A stretch of 64,000 nucleotides of DNA from an uncultured virus (IMG/VR IMGVR_UViG_3300027805_000013) (lineage: Duplodnaviria; Heunggongvirae; Uroviricota; Caudoviricetes), in IMG/VR virus record IMGVR_UViG_3300027805_000013; one strand, given 5' to 3'. The position numbers and the translations under genes are program-made. Below are positions 48,586 to 57,970 of this stretch, one piece after another; the stretch's first letter is position 1, and each line of letters begins with the position of its first letter. The notes beneath the pieces are model-generated. The model saw only the letters and a list, made by a program, of their open reading frames with translations. It ran no database searches and had not been told where the DNA came from.

Positions 48586-49104
48586 TTATGATGCGAAGTC
48601 TACTGCTGCGGTAATACCACCACCGCCTAAACGCTCACCGTCTTCCAGTTTTTGGACATTACCTAAACCGCAAGCGATGCCTTTTGAACCTTCCATGTTG
48701 TATGGGAAGAATTCAATTGCTGCACGACCATAGCAACCCGAATAGAATTCATCTGGATCGATGATTGTGTTCATGTCTGCATCGACAACACCTGGTTTCT
48801 TGACAGAATTGGCGTTGATGAAGTAAGAGTTTGCATATGCTGCATCTTCTTTTTCTGCATCGCCATCACGCAAACCGCCCTTGAGCATCTTTGGTACAGT
48901 GCCACCAAAGTAGCCAGCGGAATTTGCCTTTGCCTCTTCAAATGCTTTGTTAATCTTGGCAATGGTTTCTTTGTCAGACTTGGGGATGATGATTGACACA
49001 GAATACTTAGGTGTCTTGCCATCGCCTTTGTCTACTGGAGTAAACACATTAGCGTAAGAGAAACGAACTTTGCCGGTTACAACACGAGGATTTTTAGTAG
49101 CCAT
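48586..49104 (-). CDS. DUF2815 family ssDNA-binding protein
   Basis: RFSYANVF..KYSVS..LRDGD..FYSGCY..GIACGLGNVQK. Confidence 0.9.
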   Translation of the reverse strand: MATKNPRVVTGKVRFSYANVFTPVDKGDGKTPKYSVSIIIPKSDKETIAKINKAFEEAKANSAGYFGGTVPKMLKGGLRDGDAEKEDAAYANSYFINANSVKKPGVVDADMNTIIDPDEFYSGCYGRAAIEFFPYNMEGSKGIACGLGNVQKLEDGERLGGGGITAAVDFAS

Positions 49105-49154
49105 CTTGCTTTCCTATTAACTTAAATTTGATTGAACTTCAGCGGTGTCAATCT

Positions 49155-49298
49155 CTACCGTACTGTCAAGAGTATACCAAGGTTTCCGATAGTATACCCA
49201 ACAAACATTATTGCAGGTCCCGTAGAACCTTTCATAAACTGATCTATTGCTACCCCTAAGTATATCAGAGTTGAAATAATAATTAGGGGCGTGCTCAT
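49155..49298 (-). CDS. 47-aa two-TM membrane protein (MSTPLIIISTLIYLGVA...)
   Basis: Hand-translated; ATGA overlap with the DUF2800 stop. Confidence 0.6.
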   Translation of the reverse strand: MSTPLIIISTLIYLGVAIDQFMKGSTGPAIMFVGYTIGNLGILLTVR

Positions 49299-50428
49299 TT
49301 AAAATCCTCTTCCAAAGTAGTGTCTTTTACTAACTTTGGTGAGCCGTCTGGTCTTTCAACCAAACCGCCAAGGATTGATACTACTTGCCCCTTTTGACCC
49401 AACTTCTCCAATTGGGGAACAGACTTCGGTTTGAGTTCGTACATGTCATCTTTGTTAAAACCTTTTTCTTCCAAGATCTTAACAGCCAAATCGTAATCCA
49501 CAATTTTACGATGCCCTTTAGGTACAACCAATTTAAATCCAGTTGGGATTTTGTTTTCATGAATTGCTTTCTCTGTTGCATATGCCTCAACATCATTTGC
49601 CCATGATTTTAAATCTTGTGCACGAGATAATACTAAATCAAACTCCTCTTCGGTTAACAGAGGTGCTGGTCTAAAGTCTAACGCAGCTATTTCGTTGATG
49701 AAGTCCGAGCGCGCTTTGCACGCGGCTTTGGCACGGCAGAACTGGCAGTGCTCTCCGGGGATGAAGTCGCCCGTACCTGCCCACGCTTTGCGTGCTTTTT
49801 GCTTGACGTAGTAGTTTGCCCAATCGACGAGTTTGGCGATTGTTGTCCCATCCGTACTGATTGAATCGAGACGAGGCTGATAGATCGTGTACTCGATTGT
49901 TTTGATCTCTGGGTACTCTTCTTGGAACTTGCTATAGGTTCCGAGTGCGTAGAGTCTAAGTTGCGTGTTGTCTTTTGCTTGGACTGGAACGCCTCTGCCA
50001 TACTTAAGGTCGATGATGCGAATGGAGTGCTTAGAAAGTATAACCACATCGGCTGTACCAAAACCATCAGGCACCCAATCGCTGAAGTCCACGCGCTGTT
50101 CAAATAGAGGCTTATCATGTTCTCCGACTTGGGAGCGGACATAGAGGACATAGTTGTCAACATGGCTTTCGAGTTCTTGGTTGTAGTAGGCGTGCTTGTA
50201 TAGTTCTGCGACTTCTTCATCGTAGTCCTTTTGTGGTATCTGGTTGTAGTGCAAGCGCAATTTGATTTCAGCCAAAGAGTGGGCTAGTGTTCCTTCAAGG
50301 CTAAAATCGAATTGTCCTGGTAACTTTTTAGGTTCTGGTAGGGTTTGCTCGAGACGAGCACTTGGTGTGCATGTTAACCACCGTTTTGAAGATGATGCTG
50401 AGAGTACTGCATGTGTCGTTGTGGACAT
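49295..50428 (-). CDS. DUF2800 family Cas4/RecB-like exonuclease
   Basis: HAVLSASS..W..C, FGTADV, IIDLKYG, QLRLYA, CQFC..K..C. Confidence 0.9.
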   Translation of the reverse strand: MSTTTHAVLSASSSKRWLTCTPSARLEQTLPEPKKLPGQFDFSLEGTLAHSLAEIKLRLHYNQIPQKDYDEEVAELYKHAYYNQELESHVDNYVLYVRSQVGEHDKPLFEQRVDFSDWVPDGFGTADVVILSKHSIRIIDLKYGRGVPVQAKDNTQLRLYALGTYSKFQEEYPEIKTIEYTIYQPRLDSISTDGTTIAKLVDWANYYVKQKARKAWAGTGDFIPGEHCQFCRAKAACKARSDFINEIAALDFRPAPLLTEEEFDLVLSRAQDLKSWANDVEAYATEKAIHENKIPTGFKLVVPKGHRKIVDYDLAVKILEEKGFNKDDMYELKPKSVPQLEKLGQKGQVVSILGGLVERPDGSPKLVKDTTLEEDFK

Positions 50429-50461
50429 AACTGTTTTCCTTATTAAACTGGTCTCGTATAA

Positions 50462-50472
50462 CTACTTATGCA
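50462..50472 (-). promoter_or_regulatory. phage promoter, TGCATAAGTAG only (no GGGCG)
   Basis: Exact motif upstream of DUF2800. Confidence 0.75.
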
Positions 50473-50528
50473 AACTTTAACAGATTTTTATCTGCTTTGC
50501 ATTTCACAATACGAAATAGTTTTTAAGG

Positions 50529-50915
50529 CTACAGTTTGGTTTCCCGCAACTGTTTGATTAGGCTGGAAACTTCTCCAGCAAAGTCAATTTGAACTTCTTG
50601 CTTGATGTCTTGCTTGATCTCCATGCGTTCTTTGTAGTCGGCTGGGAACTGGGCACGAGTAACCACTTCAAAGAGTCGGGTATTGTAGGTGCGGTTATTC
50701 AGATTAGCCAAGGCTTCTCTTTCCCACCACGCTTGACTTTCTACAACGGCTCTGTCCATGGCTTCGGCAAACTCTGGCTTTTCTTTCTTCCAGCGGTCGC
50801 CCGTTGTTTTAGAAATGCCTAGAGTGGAATACATAATCTTTTGTGATGCACCAGTCTTTCCTAACTCAATGACGGTGTCGCACATCGATGGTTCGTACTT
50901 CGTTATCGATTTCAT
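50529..50915 (-). CDS. terS: terminase small subunit-like protein
   Basis: TKYEPSMC..HTH..W...PEF.EA......QAWWE pattern of P22 gp3-like TerS. Confidence 0.65.
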   Translation of the reverse strand: MKSITKYEPSMCDTVIELGKTGASQKIMYSTLGISKTTGDRWKKEKPEFAEAMDRAVVESQAWWEREALANLNNRTYNTRLFEVVTRAQFPADYKERMEIKQDIKQEVQIDFAGEVSSLIKQLRETKL

Positions 50916-51064
50916 TTTTTAGTTTTTTTGGATGAAAATACCTTTTCAACCATTGATATTCGTTGGGGTTTAGTTGTAACCTTGCTAACGATTTTTTCTC
51001 GTTCTGGTTTCGTTTTACCTTTATCGTAAAACCCAGCCTTTTCTAATGCTTTTTTAGGTATCAT
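50912..51064 (-). CDS. 50-aa basic protein
   Basis: Hand-translated MIPKKALEKAGFYDKGK...; ATGA overlaps at both ends. Confidence 0.6.
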   Translation of the reverse strand: MIPKKALEKAGFYDKGKTKPEREKIVSKVTTKPQRISMVEKVFSSKKTKK

Positions 51065-51216
51065 TTTGGTTTTTTAGCGGTCTTTGCAGACTGAATAAAT
51101 GCGTCCTTAGTTGGGGCACCCTTAGTGCCGGGTTTACGCATCTTCTCGCCGCTACCGGCCTTGATGCGCTCTCTTTTTGCTGCGATATTGGCATAAAGCC
51201 CAGGTTTAGCTGCCAT
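51061..51216 (-). CDS. 51-aa basic protein (MAAKPGLYANIAAKRERIKAGSGEKMRK...)
   Basis: Hand-translated; resembles a common small basic phage protein. Confidence 0.7.
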   Translation of the reverse strand: MAAKPGLYANIAAKRERIKAGSGEKMRKPGTKGAPTKDAFIQSAKTAKKPK

Positions 51217-51365
51217 AAAATAACCCATAAGTTAAGCACCACAGTTCTAATAGTAACTTATATGTTACGAATAGAACTATGGGTGCGGTTAATAAAAATA
51301 AGAGTTGTTGCTTAGAAAACACGTTCATAAAGTCGGCACTTATTAATAAATACCGACAATTTGTA

Positions 51366-51623
51366 TCAGAATACAGCAGTAATTCTATTGAAACGCTTAA
51401 CACCATCAACGAGTTGTGCCTCGATTGTGCTGCTGATGAATTTGTTCATTTCAATGGCGTTGTCAATGATTTCGTGCATCGATGGGAACTGGGGTGCTTT
51501 CTCAAGCAACTTTTTACCAGCTTCGTCTGCTACTTCCCAGGCCTTTAACTGGGCGTTATACTGCTCGGTCAAAAACTCCTTGGAAGTCTTGAGTAAGTCA
51601 TAGCGTAATTCAAATGGATTCAT
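51366..51623 (-). CDS. hypothetical protein
   Basis: ORF after a late promoter; AAAGG RBS. Confidence 0.7.
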   Translation of the reverse strand: MNPFELRYDLLKTSKEFLTEQYNAQLKAWEVADEAGKKLLEKAPQFPSMHEIIDNAIEMNKFISSTIEAQLVDGVKRFNRITAVF

Positions 51624-51699
51624 GGTATTGCCTTTCTGTGTTTGTGTATGTGAATAGAGGGTTCAGAGCGTTTCCCAACGAGTCTTACTGTCTCTATAT

Positions 51700-51731
51700 C
51701 TACTTATGCAAACTTTTAGCCGTTTTCGCCC
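51700..51731 (-). promoter_or_regulatory. phage late promoter
   Basis: GGGCG-N16-TGCATAAGTAG on the minus strand, upstream of the terS cassette. Confidence 0.85.
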
Positions 51732-51967
51732 TACTTATCGTCCACAATGATCTTTTTAGTGGGCGGAGTTTCCATGGCTTTTCTCAGATGTGGCAAGACA
51801 TCGTTTAGGATGTTTTGGGTCATGGCTAGTGCCAGTTCCCGATCCGCCATTTCTTTTTGCTCAGTATCTTGTTTGGCTTTGTTTTCTACAGCCTTTTCAA
51901 TTTGTTTAGAAATGTCCGCAGAAAACCCTTTGCTTCGTAAAAGGTTTCTTAAAAATTTATCACTCAT
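51731..51967 (-). CDS. hypothetical protein
   Basis: Coupled ORF. Confidence 0.65.
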   Translation of the reverse strand: MSDKFLRNLLRSKGFSADISKQIEKAVENKAKQDTEQKEMADRELALAMTQNILNDVLPHLRKAMETPPTKKIIVDDK

Positions 51968-52181
51968 TTTTAGTTGCCTGTGAAACAGTTTCTAAATCTT
52001 TTTTGGCCTTTTCTACTTGTGGTCCAGCTTGATTTTGAAGGGTGTTAATAAAATAAACTGCCGTAGTAGTTGGCATTTGATGTGGTGTGTTTAAGCAATT
52101 TAACAGCACATTGATATCTTTTACGGACAATTCAATAGTGACTACAAAATCATCTAACATTTCTTTTACATTTTCAGACAT
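51960..52181 (-). CDS. hypothetical protein
   Basis: Coupled ORF. Confidence 0.65.
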   Translation of the reverse strand: MSENVKEMLDDFVVTIELSVKDINVLLNCLNTPHQMPTTTAVYFINTLQNQAGPQVEKAKKDLETVSQATKNE

Positions 52182-52455
52182 TTCGGCTCCAATTATATTC
52201 GTCTAGTTGAAAATACTTCTTATAAACATCTCGCAAATGCCAACATCGTAAATCTAACATTTGCTTGACTCCTTCCATCGCATTCCACAATTCATCCTCC
52301 GTCATTTTTTCTGGAGCATCCATGTAGCGTGCAATTAACATATCCAAGTCTTCGGTAGTTCCCCAGACTTGCATAATGGCTTGATCAATATCACTCTGCG
52401 TTTTTCCGAACGGATTTTCGCTTTTTTCTTGGTTTATCTTCTTCATGTGTGTCAT
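52174..52455 (-). CDS. hypothetical protein
   Basis: Coupled ORF. Confidence 0.6.
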   Translation of the reverse strand: MTHMKKINQEKSENPFGKTQSDIDQAIMQVWGTTEDLDMLIARYMDAPEKMTEDELWNAMEGVKQMLDLRCWHLRDVYKKYFQLDEYNWSRNV

Positions 52456-52663
52456 CCCTTATGGCATCAAATAAAACTTGAAAATTTAGTTGAAAACTAG
52501 AATCGTGTTCTTCTAGTTGGCGCAATACATGAAAGAGAGCTGCTTGCACTTTCTTTTCATCCATTTCCAAACACGATGTGGTTAGCGAATCGACAATCGC
52601 TACAACTCCTTCTAAATTAATTAAAACAGATTCTAGATTAGATAATTCACTATAGTACTTCAT
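52391..52663 (-). CDS. hypothetical protein
   Basis: GAGG RBS. Confidence 0.6.
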   Translation of the reverse strand: MKYYSELSNLESVLINLEGVVAIVDSLTTSCLEMDEKKVQAALFHVLRQLEEHDSSFQLNFQVLFDAIRDDTHEEDKPRKKRKSVRKNAE

Positions 52664-52850
52664 GATTTTTTCTACCTCTTAATTTGTGTAGTTCCGAAAT
52701 GGTTACGGTTGCCTCTTGCAGTGAGTCGCACACCCAAATGCCTAGGATGTCACTAAACTGTGAGGTATCTAGATCTTCCACACCGGGCACCAATGCAATG
52801 TGATACGATCCCTGTCCTTGTGGTCTGTGTTCAACAACAAAAGTAGTCAT
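52650..52850 (-). CDS. hypothetical protein
   Basis: Start at ATG 52850 (ATGA overlap). Confidence 0.55.
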   Translation of the reverse strand: MTTFVVEHRPQGQGSYHIALVPGVEDLDTSQFSDILGIWVCDSLQEATVTISELHKLRGRKNHEVL

Positions 52851-53146
52851 AGGTTCATCTCTTTCTTTATAAACTGAATTGCTTTTTCGTAATGGTAACG
52901 CCAATATTTTTCACTAACATCCATATCTTTGTAATTCATTCCATTTAAAAAAGCATCGACTATTTGCTTTTCTTTTGGAGGCATGCGTTCATCTATTATA
53001 CGACGAATGTCAATTAAATCGTCTACATCCCACGGCAGCCAACCATCGCCTTGAAAACTGGATACAGAATCAAAATCGTCTTGTTCTAGTGGATCGATTT
53101 CTTCGTCCGATAATCTGGCTCTGCTGGCGTTTAATATTAATCTCAT
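52847..53146 (-). CDS. stand-alone sigma region-4-like HTH protein
   Basis: MPPKEKQIVDAFLNGMNYKDM..VSEKYWRYHYEKAIQFIK resembles the sigma4 pattern LPERER.V......G.SY.EIA...S.........RA...LR. Confidence 0.6.
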   Translation of the reverse strand: MRLILNASRARLSDEEIDPLEQDDFDSVSSFQGDGWLPWDVDDLIDIRRIIDERMPPKEKQIVDAFLNGMNYKDMDVSEKYWRYHYEKAIQFIKKEMNL

Positions 53147-54471
53147 TTCAATGCTTCCATTAATGCATCCTGAATCGTTATTTTGTTATCTAATACTTTC
53201 ATAACCTGTTCGTCTACCGATTTCTCGACACAGAGGTGATGAATAATGACTGGTTTCTCTTGCCCTTGGCGGTAGATCCTTGCGTTGGCTTGGATATAGT
53301 TTTCACTAGACCAGGGGAGATCGTACCAAACAGTCTGCGCTGTTTCACCCGCATTGCATTGGAGGTTAATACCAATTCCTCCCGACTGTGGGTGTGCAAG
53401 CAAGACTCTAATTTTACCATCTCGCCACGCTTGAATGTTGGAATCAGTAAGCACAACGGCCTCTGGAAACGCATTCCGAATTCGTTCCAGCGAATGTTTG
53501 AAGTGATAAAATACCAAGGTCGGGGAAGAAGTCTCTTCCAAGATCGACTCGAGGCATTCCAACTTAGCCGTATGCACTTCTTGCCAACTCCCGTCCTCTG
53601 CATAAACTGCGCCACTTGTGAACTGTAATAGTTTTCCTGTGAGCGTTGCTGCGGTGGATGCGGTGACTGTCTGTCCCTTGATTTCTGTAACCATATCTTT
53701 TTTGAGCGCATCATATTTGTAACGTATTTGTTCCGTTATCCCCACTTTATGTAACGTATATGTTACCGTAGGCAGTTCCAAATAATCTTTGGCTTTCAGA
53801 CTAAAACAGATATCTGAGATTGTTTCTGTGATTATTTGATCTGCTCCCTTATTTAATTCCCAATTATAAATTACACCGGTATGCGGATTTCTTTTGCCTG
53901 GGCGCATATACTTCGTTCTAAACTTAGTAAGGCTGGTTTCCAATCGTTGTCCTAAATCCAAAATACCTACCTGTGACCACAGATCAGCCATCCCTTGGGG
54001 TGTCGGTGTGCCTGTTAGAATAATGCGCCTCTCGAAGTTCTTTAAGTGTTTCTTCAAGGCTTTGAATCTTTTCGTCGAAGGATCTTTGAAGCGACTCGAC
54101 TCGTCGATTATCAGATTGTTGAATTGCATCTTTGGTTGATCCAACAACCAAATCAAGTTCTCGAGATTGACTAAGTACACGTTCGAAGAACTCTTCAACG
54201 CTGCCAACCGTTGACTCGGTGTGCCCAGTATCTTTGCTATCTTTAGGTGTTTTAGGTGTTCCCATTTCTGTGTTTCTTCTTGCCATACGGTCTCCGCTAC
54301 TCGTTTAGGTGCAATTATTAAAGTCGTTCCCTTAAATTGTTCTGCAATGATCGTCAATGTTGTTGCCGTTTTACCAAGACCTGGTTCAAGAAATAGTCCC
54401 ATGCTAGGCACAAACTTGGCTTTCTCAATGATGTCTTTTTGATAATTGTGTAGATTTTTTCTTGATAGCAT
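53143..54471 (-). CDS. SNF2-family helicase
   Basis: PGLGKT, IIDESS, LTGTP, QANARIYRQGQ. Confidence 0.92.
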   Translation of the reverse strand: MLSRKNLHNYQKDIIEKAKFVPSMGLFLEPGLGKTATTLTIIAEQFKGTTLIIAPKRVAETVWQEETQKWEHLKHLKIAKILGTPSQRLAALKSSSNVYLVNLENLIWLLDQPKMQFNNLIIDESSRFKDPSTKRFKALKKHLKNFERRIILTGTPTPQGMADLWSQVGILDLGQRLETSLTKFRTKYMRPGKRNPHTGVIYNWELNKGADQIITETISDICFSLKAKDYLELPTVTYTLHKVGITEQIRYKYDALKKDMVTEIKGQTVTASTAATLTGKLLQFTSGAVYAEDGSWQEVHTAKLECLESILEETSSPTLVFYHFKHSLERIRNAFPEAVVLTDSNIQAWRDGKIRVLLAHPQSGGIGINLQCNAGETAQTVWYDLPWSSENYIQANARIYRQGQEKPVIIHHLCVEKSVDEQVMKVLDNKITIQDALMEALK

Positions 54472-54859
54472 TTAATACTTCTTTTGTTCGTTCGTGTAAC
54501 CAGTCTGCCACATCATACAATTCTCTTTCTGTTGCGTCGTTTTTAATCGAATTGGCTCGATTAGAAATAAAAACTACATTGTGTTTAACATAACCCAACT
54601 CTGGAATAATACGATCCAATGACGGACATTCTGATATTTTTTTTCTTCCGTTATATCTTCCCCAAACAAATTTTGTTTTAAAGATAGGGCATTCGTTTGT
54701 GGTAATTGATTCCAAATAATCTAAATCCAAATCAAAATCTAATTTTTTCTTTTTGGCTCTTACCTTTGCGTTTGCTAATAACTTACCAACATGACCACGC
54801 TTTGTTTTAACATATGCCTCAACATTTCTTCTATTCTTTAATATTTTTGATGAAGTCAT
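54425..54859 (-). CDS. putative His-Me (HNH/EndoVII-like) homing endonuclease
   Basis: CPIF...PSLDRIIPELGYVKHNVVFIS..AN..K. Confidence 0.7.
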   Translation of the reverse strand: MTSSKILKNRRNVEAYVKTKRGHVGKLLANAKVRAKKKKLDFDLDLDYLESITTNECPIFKTKFVWGRYNGRKKISECPSLDRIIPELGYVKHNVVFISNRANSIKNDATERELYDVADWLHERTKEVLNAIKKKSTQLSKRHH

Positions 54860-55109
54860 CGATATCCTCTTTTGATCGTAATATGTGAACTGGAAATCCA
54901 GCCTCACCTAATTCATCAAATATCAGTATCTGTCTTGGGCTTAGTTTCCCCTCCGCTGTCTTTAGTTCTACTAGAAATATCTTTTGGTTTAAGATCACGA
55001 TTCGATCTGGCACCCCCGTTATTGAACTCAACCATTTGTAACAAAGCCCCGATGATTTTTTGATTGACTTTGTCAGATACGCCTCGATTTCCTTTTCCAG
55101 CACAGACAT
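54831..55109 (-). CDS. VRR-NUC nuclease
   Basis: EKEIE..GVPDRI..VELK..GKLSPRQ. Confidence 0.88.
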   Translation of the reverse strand: MSVLEKEIEAYLTKSIKKSSGLCYKWLSSITGVPDRIVILNQKIFLVELKTAEGKLSPRQILIFDELGEAGFPVHILRSKEDIDDFIKNIKE

Positions 55110-55491
55110 AGTTTTTTATGCCTTCCATAATGTGATTAAAAATAAACTCGGTTAAATATGCTCGGGTTTCTTCCCCCGGCGTTTCTTCACCAACTAAATC
55201 AAACACCCGTTGAGCTGCGTGGGTTGACTCGTGGCACACAGTCGATGCCAGATAGAAATCATTATTGGGATCAATCATCTGTTCTAAATCCAAAATGACA
55301 ATGATCATAGGATGTTTTACATCGGTGATGTAATGTGTTTCAGCGACATTCTCATGATCTAACGCAACCACTTTTTGAAAAATGTTGTTGTCTTTTAGAA
55401 TGTTCCTAAAATCTTTTTCAGTAAAGCACAACTTTAAATCCGCAGCGGGAAATAGTGGTACTTCTATCTTATAGTATGGTGGTTTTTTCAT
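54916..55491 (-). CDS. HExxH-containing protein (possible metallopeptidase)
   Basis: CHESTH...EETRAY. Confidence 0.5.
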   Translation of the reverse strand: MKKPPYYKIEVPLFPAADLKLCFTEKDFRNILKDNNIFQKVVALDHENVAETHYITDVKHPMIIVILDLEQMIDPNNDFYLASTVCHESTHAAQRVFDLVGEETPGEETRAYLTEFIFNHIMEGIKNYVCAGKGNRGVSDKVNQKIIGALLQMVEFNNGGARSNRDLKPKDISSRTKDSGGETKPKTDTDI

Positions 55492-55564
55492 TTAAAGCCA
55501 CCACTCAAAAATACAATCAATATGATGCCAATTAATGTTAAGCCGATCATTTCAATTTTGCTCA

Positions 55565-57874
55565 TTAGAAAATCTCCTCTTCATCAAATAGAGTTTGTTT
55601 GTCAATAAACGCTTGTGCCTTCTCTGTTAATCTAACGCCAGTGTATTTGTGTTGTCTTTTACCATCGATACGAATTGCCGATGCAGTAACTCCCTTGTCT
55701 TGTGTGGCTGCAAGGAATCGTCTCTTGAACGACAGATCATTGCCTGGGTTTAGTCCATGCTTGACTGCCCACCGCTTAAAGCACAAGAATACATGATCTT
55801 TATCTACTTCACTCATGGCATCGTACTCCAATACTTGATCAACGAATGATCCGATTGGATTAGACATCTCTTCCATGGTTTCAAGCAGTTCTTTGCCTGT
55901 CGTGGGTTGTACAAAATAACCACCACGCTCAACCCGTCTGCGTAACCCAGCCATCGCCCAGTTAAAAATGCCCGACAACTCTTTCATTAGTTTGCTGCTC
56001 AGTGCCGTATCCTCTTTGCCATAGAATGATTTGCTCATCTTTAGCACCACCATACGGCCAGTCAACGCATTACTGGATTCTGATAATTGCAACACCTCGT
56101 TAGAATAAATTACGATTCTGGTCGGGAGGTATCCGTTCCACGAGTCTTTGTTTTTCCGATTGACAGTAACCGTATCACCGCCCACGATCCGCAACAACTG
56201 AGAAACAACAGCACCTCGATCTCTGTCAGGCGCTCTCGCATCAGTAAAAGAAGCGAGGAGCTTACCAAGCCAAGGTTGGAGACCAAACGTATCACATAAC
56301 TCTCCTAACTCTGGTGCTACAGTATTGTGTTGTCCTAACAATTCAACCAGCACCTTGTTGATTGTTCCCTTACCCGATCTACGGGGACCGATGATGTTGA
56401 AGAATTTCTGTTGGCTTGTATCGCCTGATAAAACATAACCAAATATCTCTTGAAGACAATCGATTGATTCTTGATCGTGTTCCCATAAATCATTTAAGAA
56501 GGTTTCCCATAACGGGCACTTAGCATTTGGATCGTATGGAAATGGCAAACTGTTCTGTGTAAAGAAACCCAACGAGTGTGGCAGTAACACATTGTCTTCC
56601 AAGTGAAACAAACCATTTTCTAAACTAACCAGTTTGTTTGCCTCTGGTCTGTTGGCGCTATACCCTTGCAGCCATACTGGCGGTCTTGTGTTGGCGTGAT
56701 TGGGTAAGTGCACTAGGGCTTTGATTGCATCCATAGCGCCGCTCACGCTTGCCGGGTTAGGTGAGAACGGCACAATGTTGCCCTTCTTATCTTGGCGTTT
56801 GCACTTATCTAAGAACTTATACACTTCGGAGCGAACTGTGCCGTCTTCTATTTCGGCATAGTGCGTGCCGCGATACGAATAGAAATCATTCACATAATGC
56901 ACCAACTTAATTCCCTCTTCTGAAGAAAACTTAGTGTCTAGAAATGTCTGAGCGTTCTCCATGGGTGCTAAAGAGAGAATGACATCCCCCTTTGCCAATG
57001 CCTCGGTTCTATTGTTGTACGACAGTTTAAAGATCAGCGTGCGTAGTGTCGCACCGCCACCCTTCTTGCTAAATGTCTTCCACTTTGATTCACAGGCGTT
57101 GCTTGAATAACTGGAGACACTGCCGTCCCCATATGACCAGCGATCCCATGCCTCACACGCCTCAAGATCGCCTTGGAACTGGTGGTGTAGGCACATCCCA
57201 ATCTGTAACCAATCGGTGTATCCGCAGTTTGGATCAAACTGTGGCAACAATTCTGATTCTACTTTTGCGAGATCCCAACCATCGAGCGGTGGGTTGTAAT
57301 CAGCAAACGCATCACCCGATGCCCGAACTGTACGCTCTGGAATAAGGTGGGTAAGATCTTGCATGGTGGTGGGTAGATCACCACTTAACTTGTGTCCTGT
57401 AACAGTAAAGTATCTGCCTTTGGGGTAGATCTCTAAACCCTTGTCGTGATCAACGTGAGCACCTTGTAGATCCGCTATGGTAAATATCTTTACCCCCGTG
57501 CCTGACGGGCTGATCTCTTTGTAGCCTTCAATTTTGTTGAATATGTCACACAATTCTTGGTTGGTAAACTCGTTGACGGCATCATCGTAGCAGTCGTCCA
57601 AGTCCACCCCAATGATGTGATCGTCCGCAGTAAACACAAAGCCCACGCCATCAAATAGCCCGGTGAGGTAGGCTTTCTCAACGCTTAGAAAGTCTGTCCA
57701 TGTATCGGGGTTAGTTGAACTAGCAGCCTTGCCCGATGGCTGGACGGGTAGTTTTGACCACCGCTGTGTATCGCCCTCACCAATGAGGACATAGTTCCAC
57801 AATGTCCATCGTGGCACTGAGCGAAGACTTAGGGGTATGTTTTGGAATAGTACTGGTAATGCTTTCGGTTTCAT
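55565..57874 (-). CDS. primase/PriCT-2/D5-like SF3 helicase fusion
   Basis: GVDLDDC, EISPSGTG, WLQIGMCLH, GPRRSGKG. Confidence 0.9.
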   Translation of the reverse strand: MKPKALPVLFQNIPLSLRSVPRWTLWNYVLIGEGDTQRWSKLPVQPSGKAASSTNPDTWTDFLSVEKAYLTGLFDGVGFVFTADDHIIGVDLDDCYDDAVNEFTNQELCDIFNKIEGYKEISPSGTGVKIFTIADLQGAHVDHDKGLEIYPKGRYFTVTGHKLSGDLPTTMQDLTHLIPERTVRASGDAFADYNPPLDGWDLAKVESELLPQFDPNCGYTDWLQIGMCLHHQFQGDLEACEAWDRWSYGDGSVSSYSSNACESKWKTFSKKGGGATLRTLIFKLSYNNRTEALAKGDVILSLAPMENAQTFLDTKFSSEEGIKLVHYVNDFYSYRGTHYAEIEDGTVRSEVYKFLDKCKRQDKKGNIVPFSPNPASVSGAMDAIKALVHLPNHANTRPPVWLQGYSANRPEANKLVSLENGLFHLEDNVLLPHSLGFFTQNSLPFPYDPNAKCPLWETFLNDLWEHDQESIDCLQEIFGYVLSGDTSQQKFFNIIGPRRSGKGTINKVLVELLGQHNTVAPELGELCDTFGLQPWLGKLLASFTDARAPDRDRGAVVSQLLRIVGGDTVTVNRKNKDSWNGYLPTRIVIYSNEVLQLSESSNALTGRMVVLKMSKSFYGKEDTALSSKLMKELSGIFNWAMAGLRRRVERGGYFVQPTTGKELLETMEEMSNPIGSFVDQVLEYDAMSEVDKDHVFLCFKRWAVKHGLNPGNDLSFKRRFLAATQDKGVTASAIRIDGKRQHKYTGVRLTEKAQAFIDKQTLFDEEEIF

Positions 57875-57892
57875 CTGTTTTCCTTTGCTCTT

Positions 57893-57903
57893 CTACTTAT
57901 GCA
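57893..57903 (-). promoter_or_regulatory. phage promoter, TGCATAAGTAG only (no GGGCG at N16)
   Basis: Exact motif upstream of primase. Confidence 0.75.
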
Positions 57904-57970
57904 AATTTTGCCCTACTTTTTCAATTTTCTTTATATCTTTTAGTAATAAGCATATAACTAAAAGTAATCA

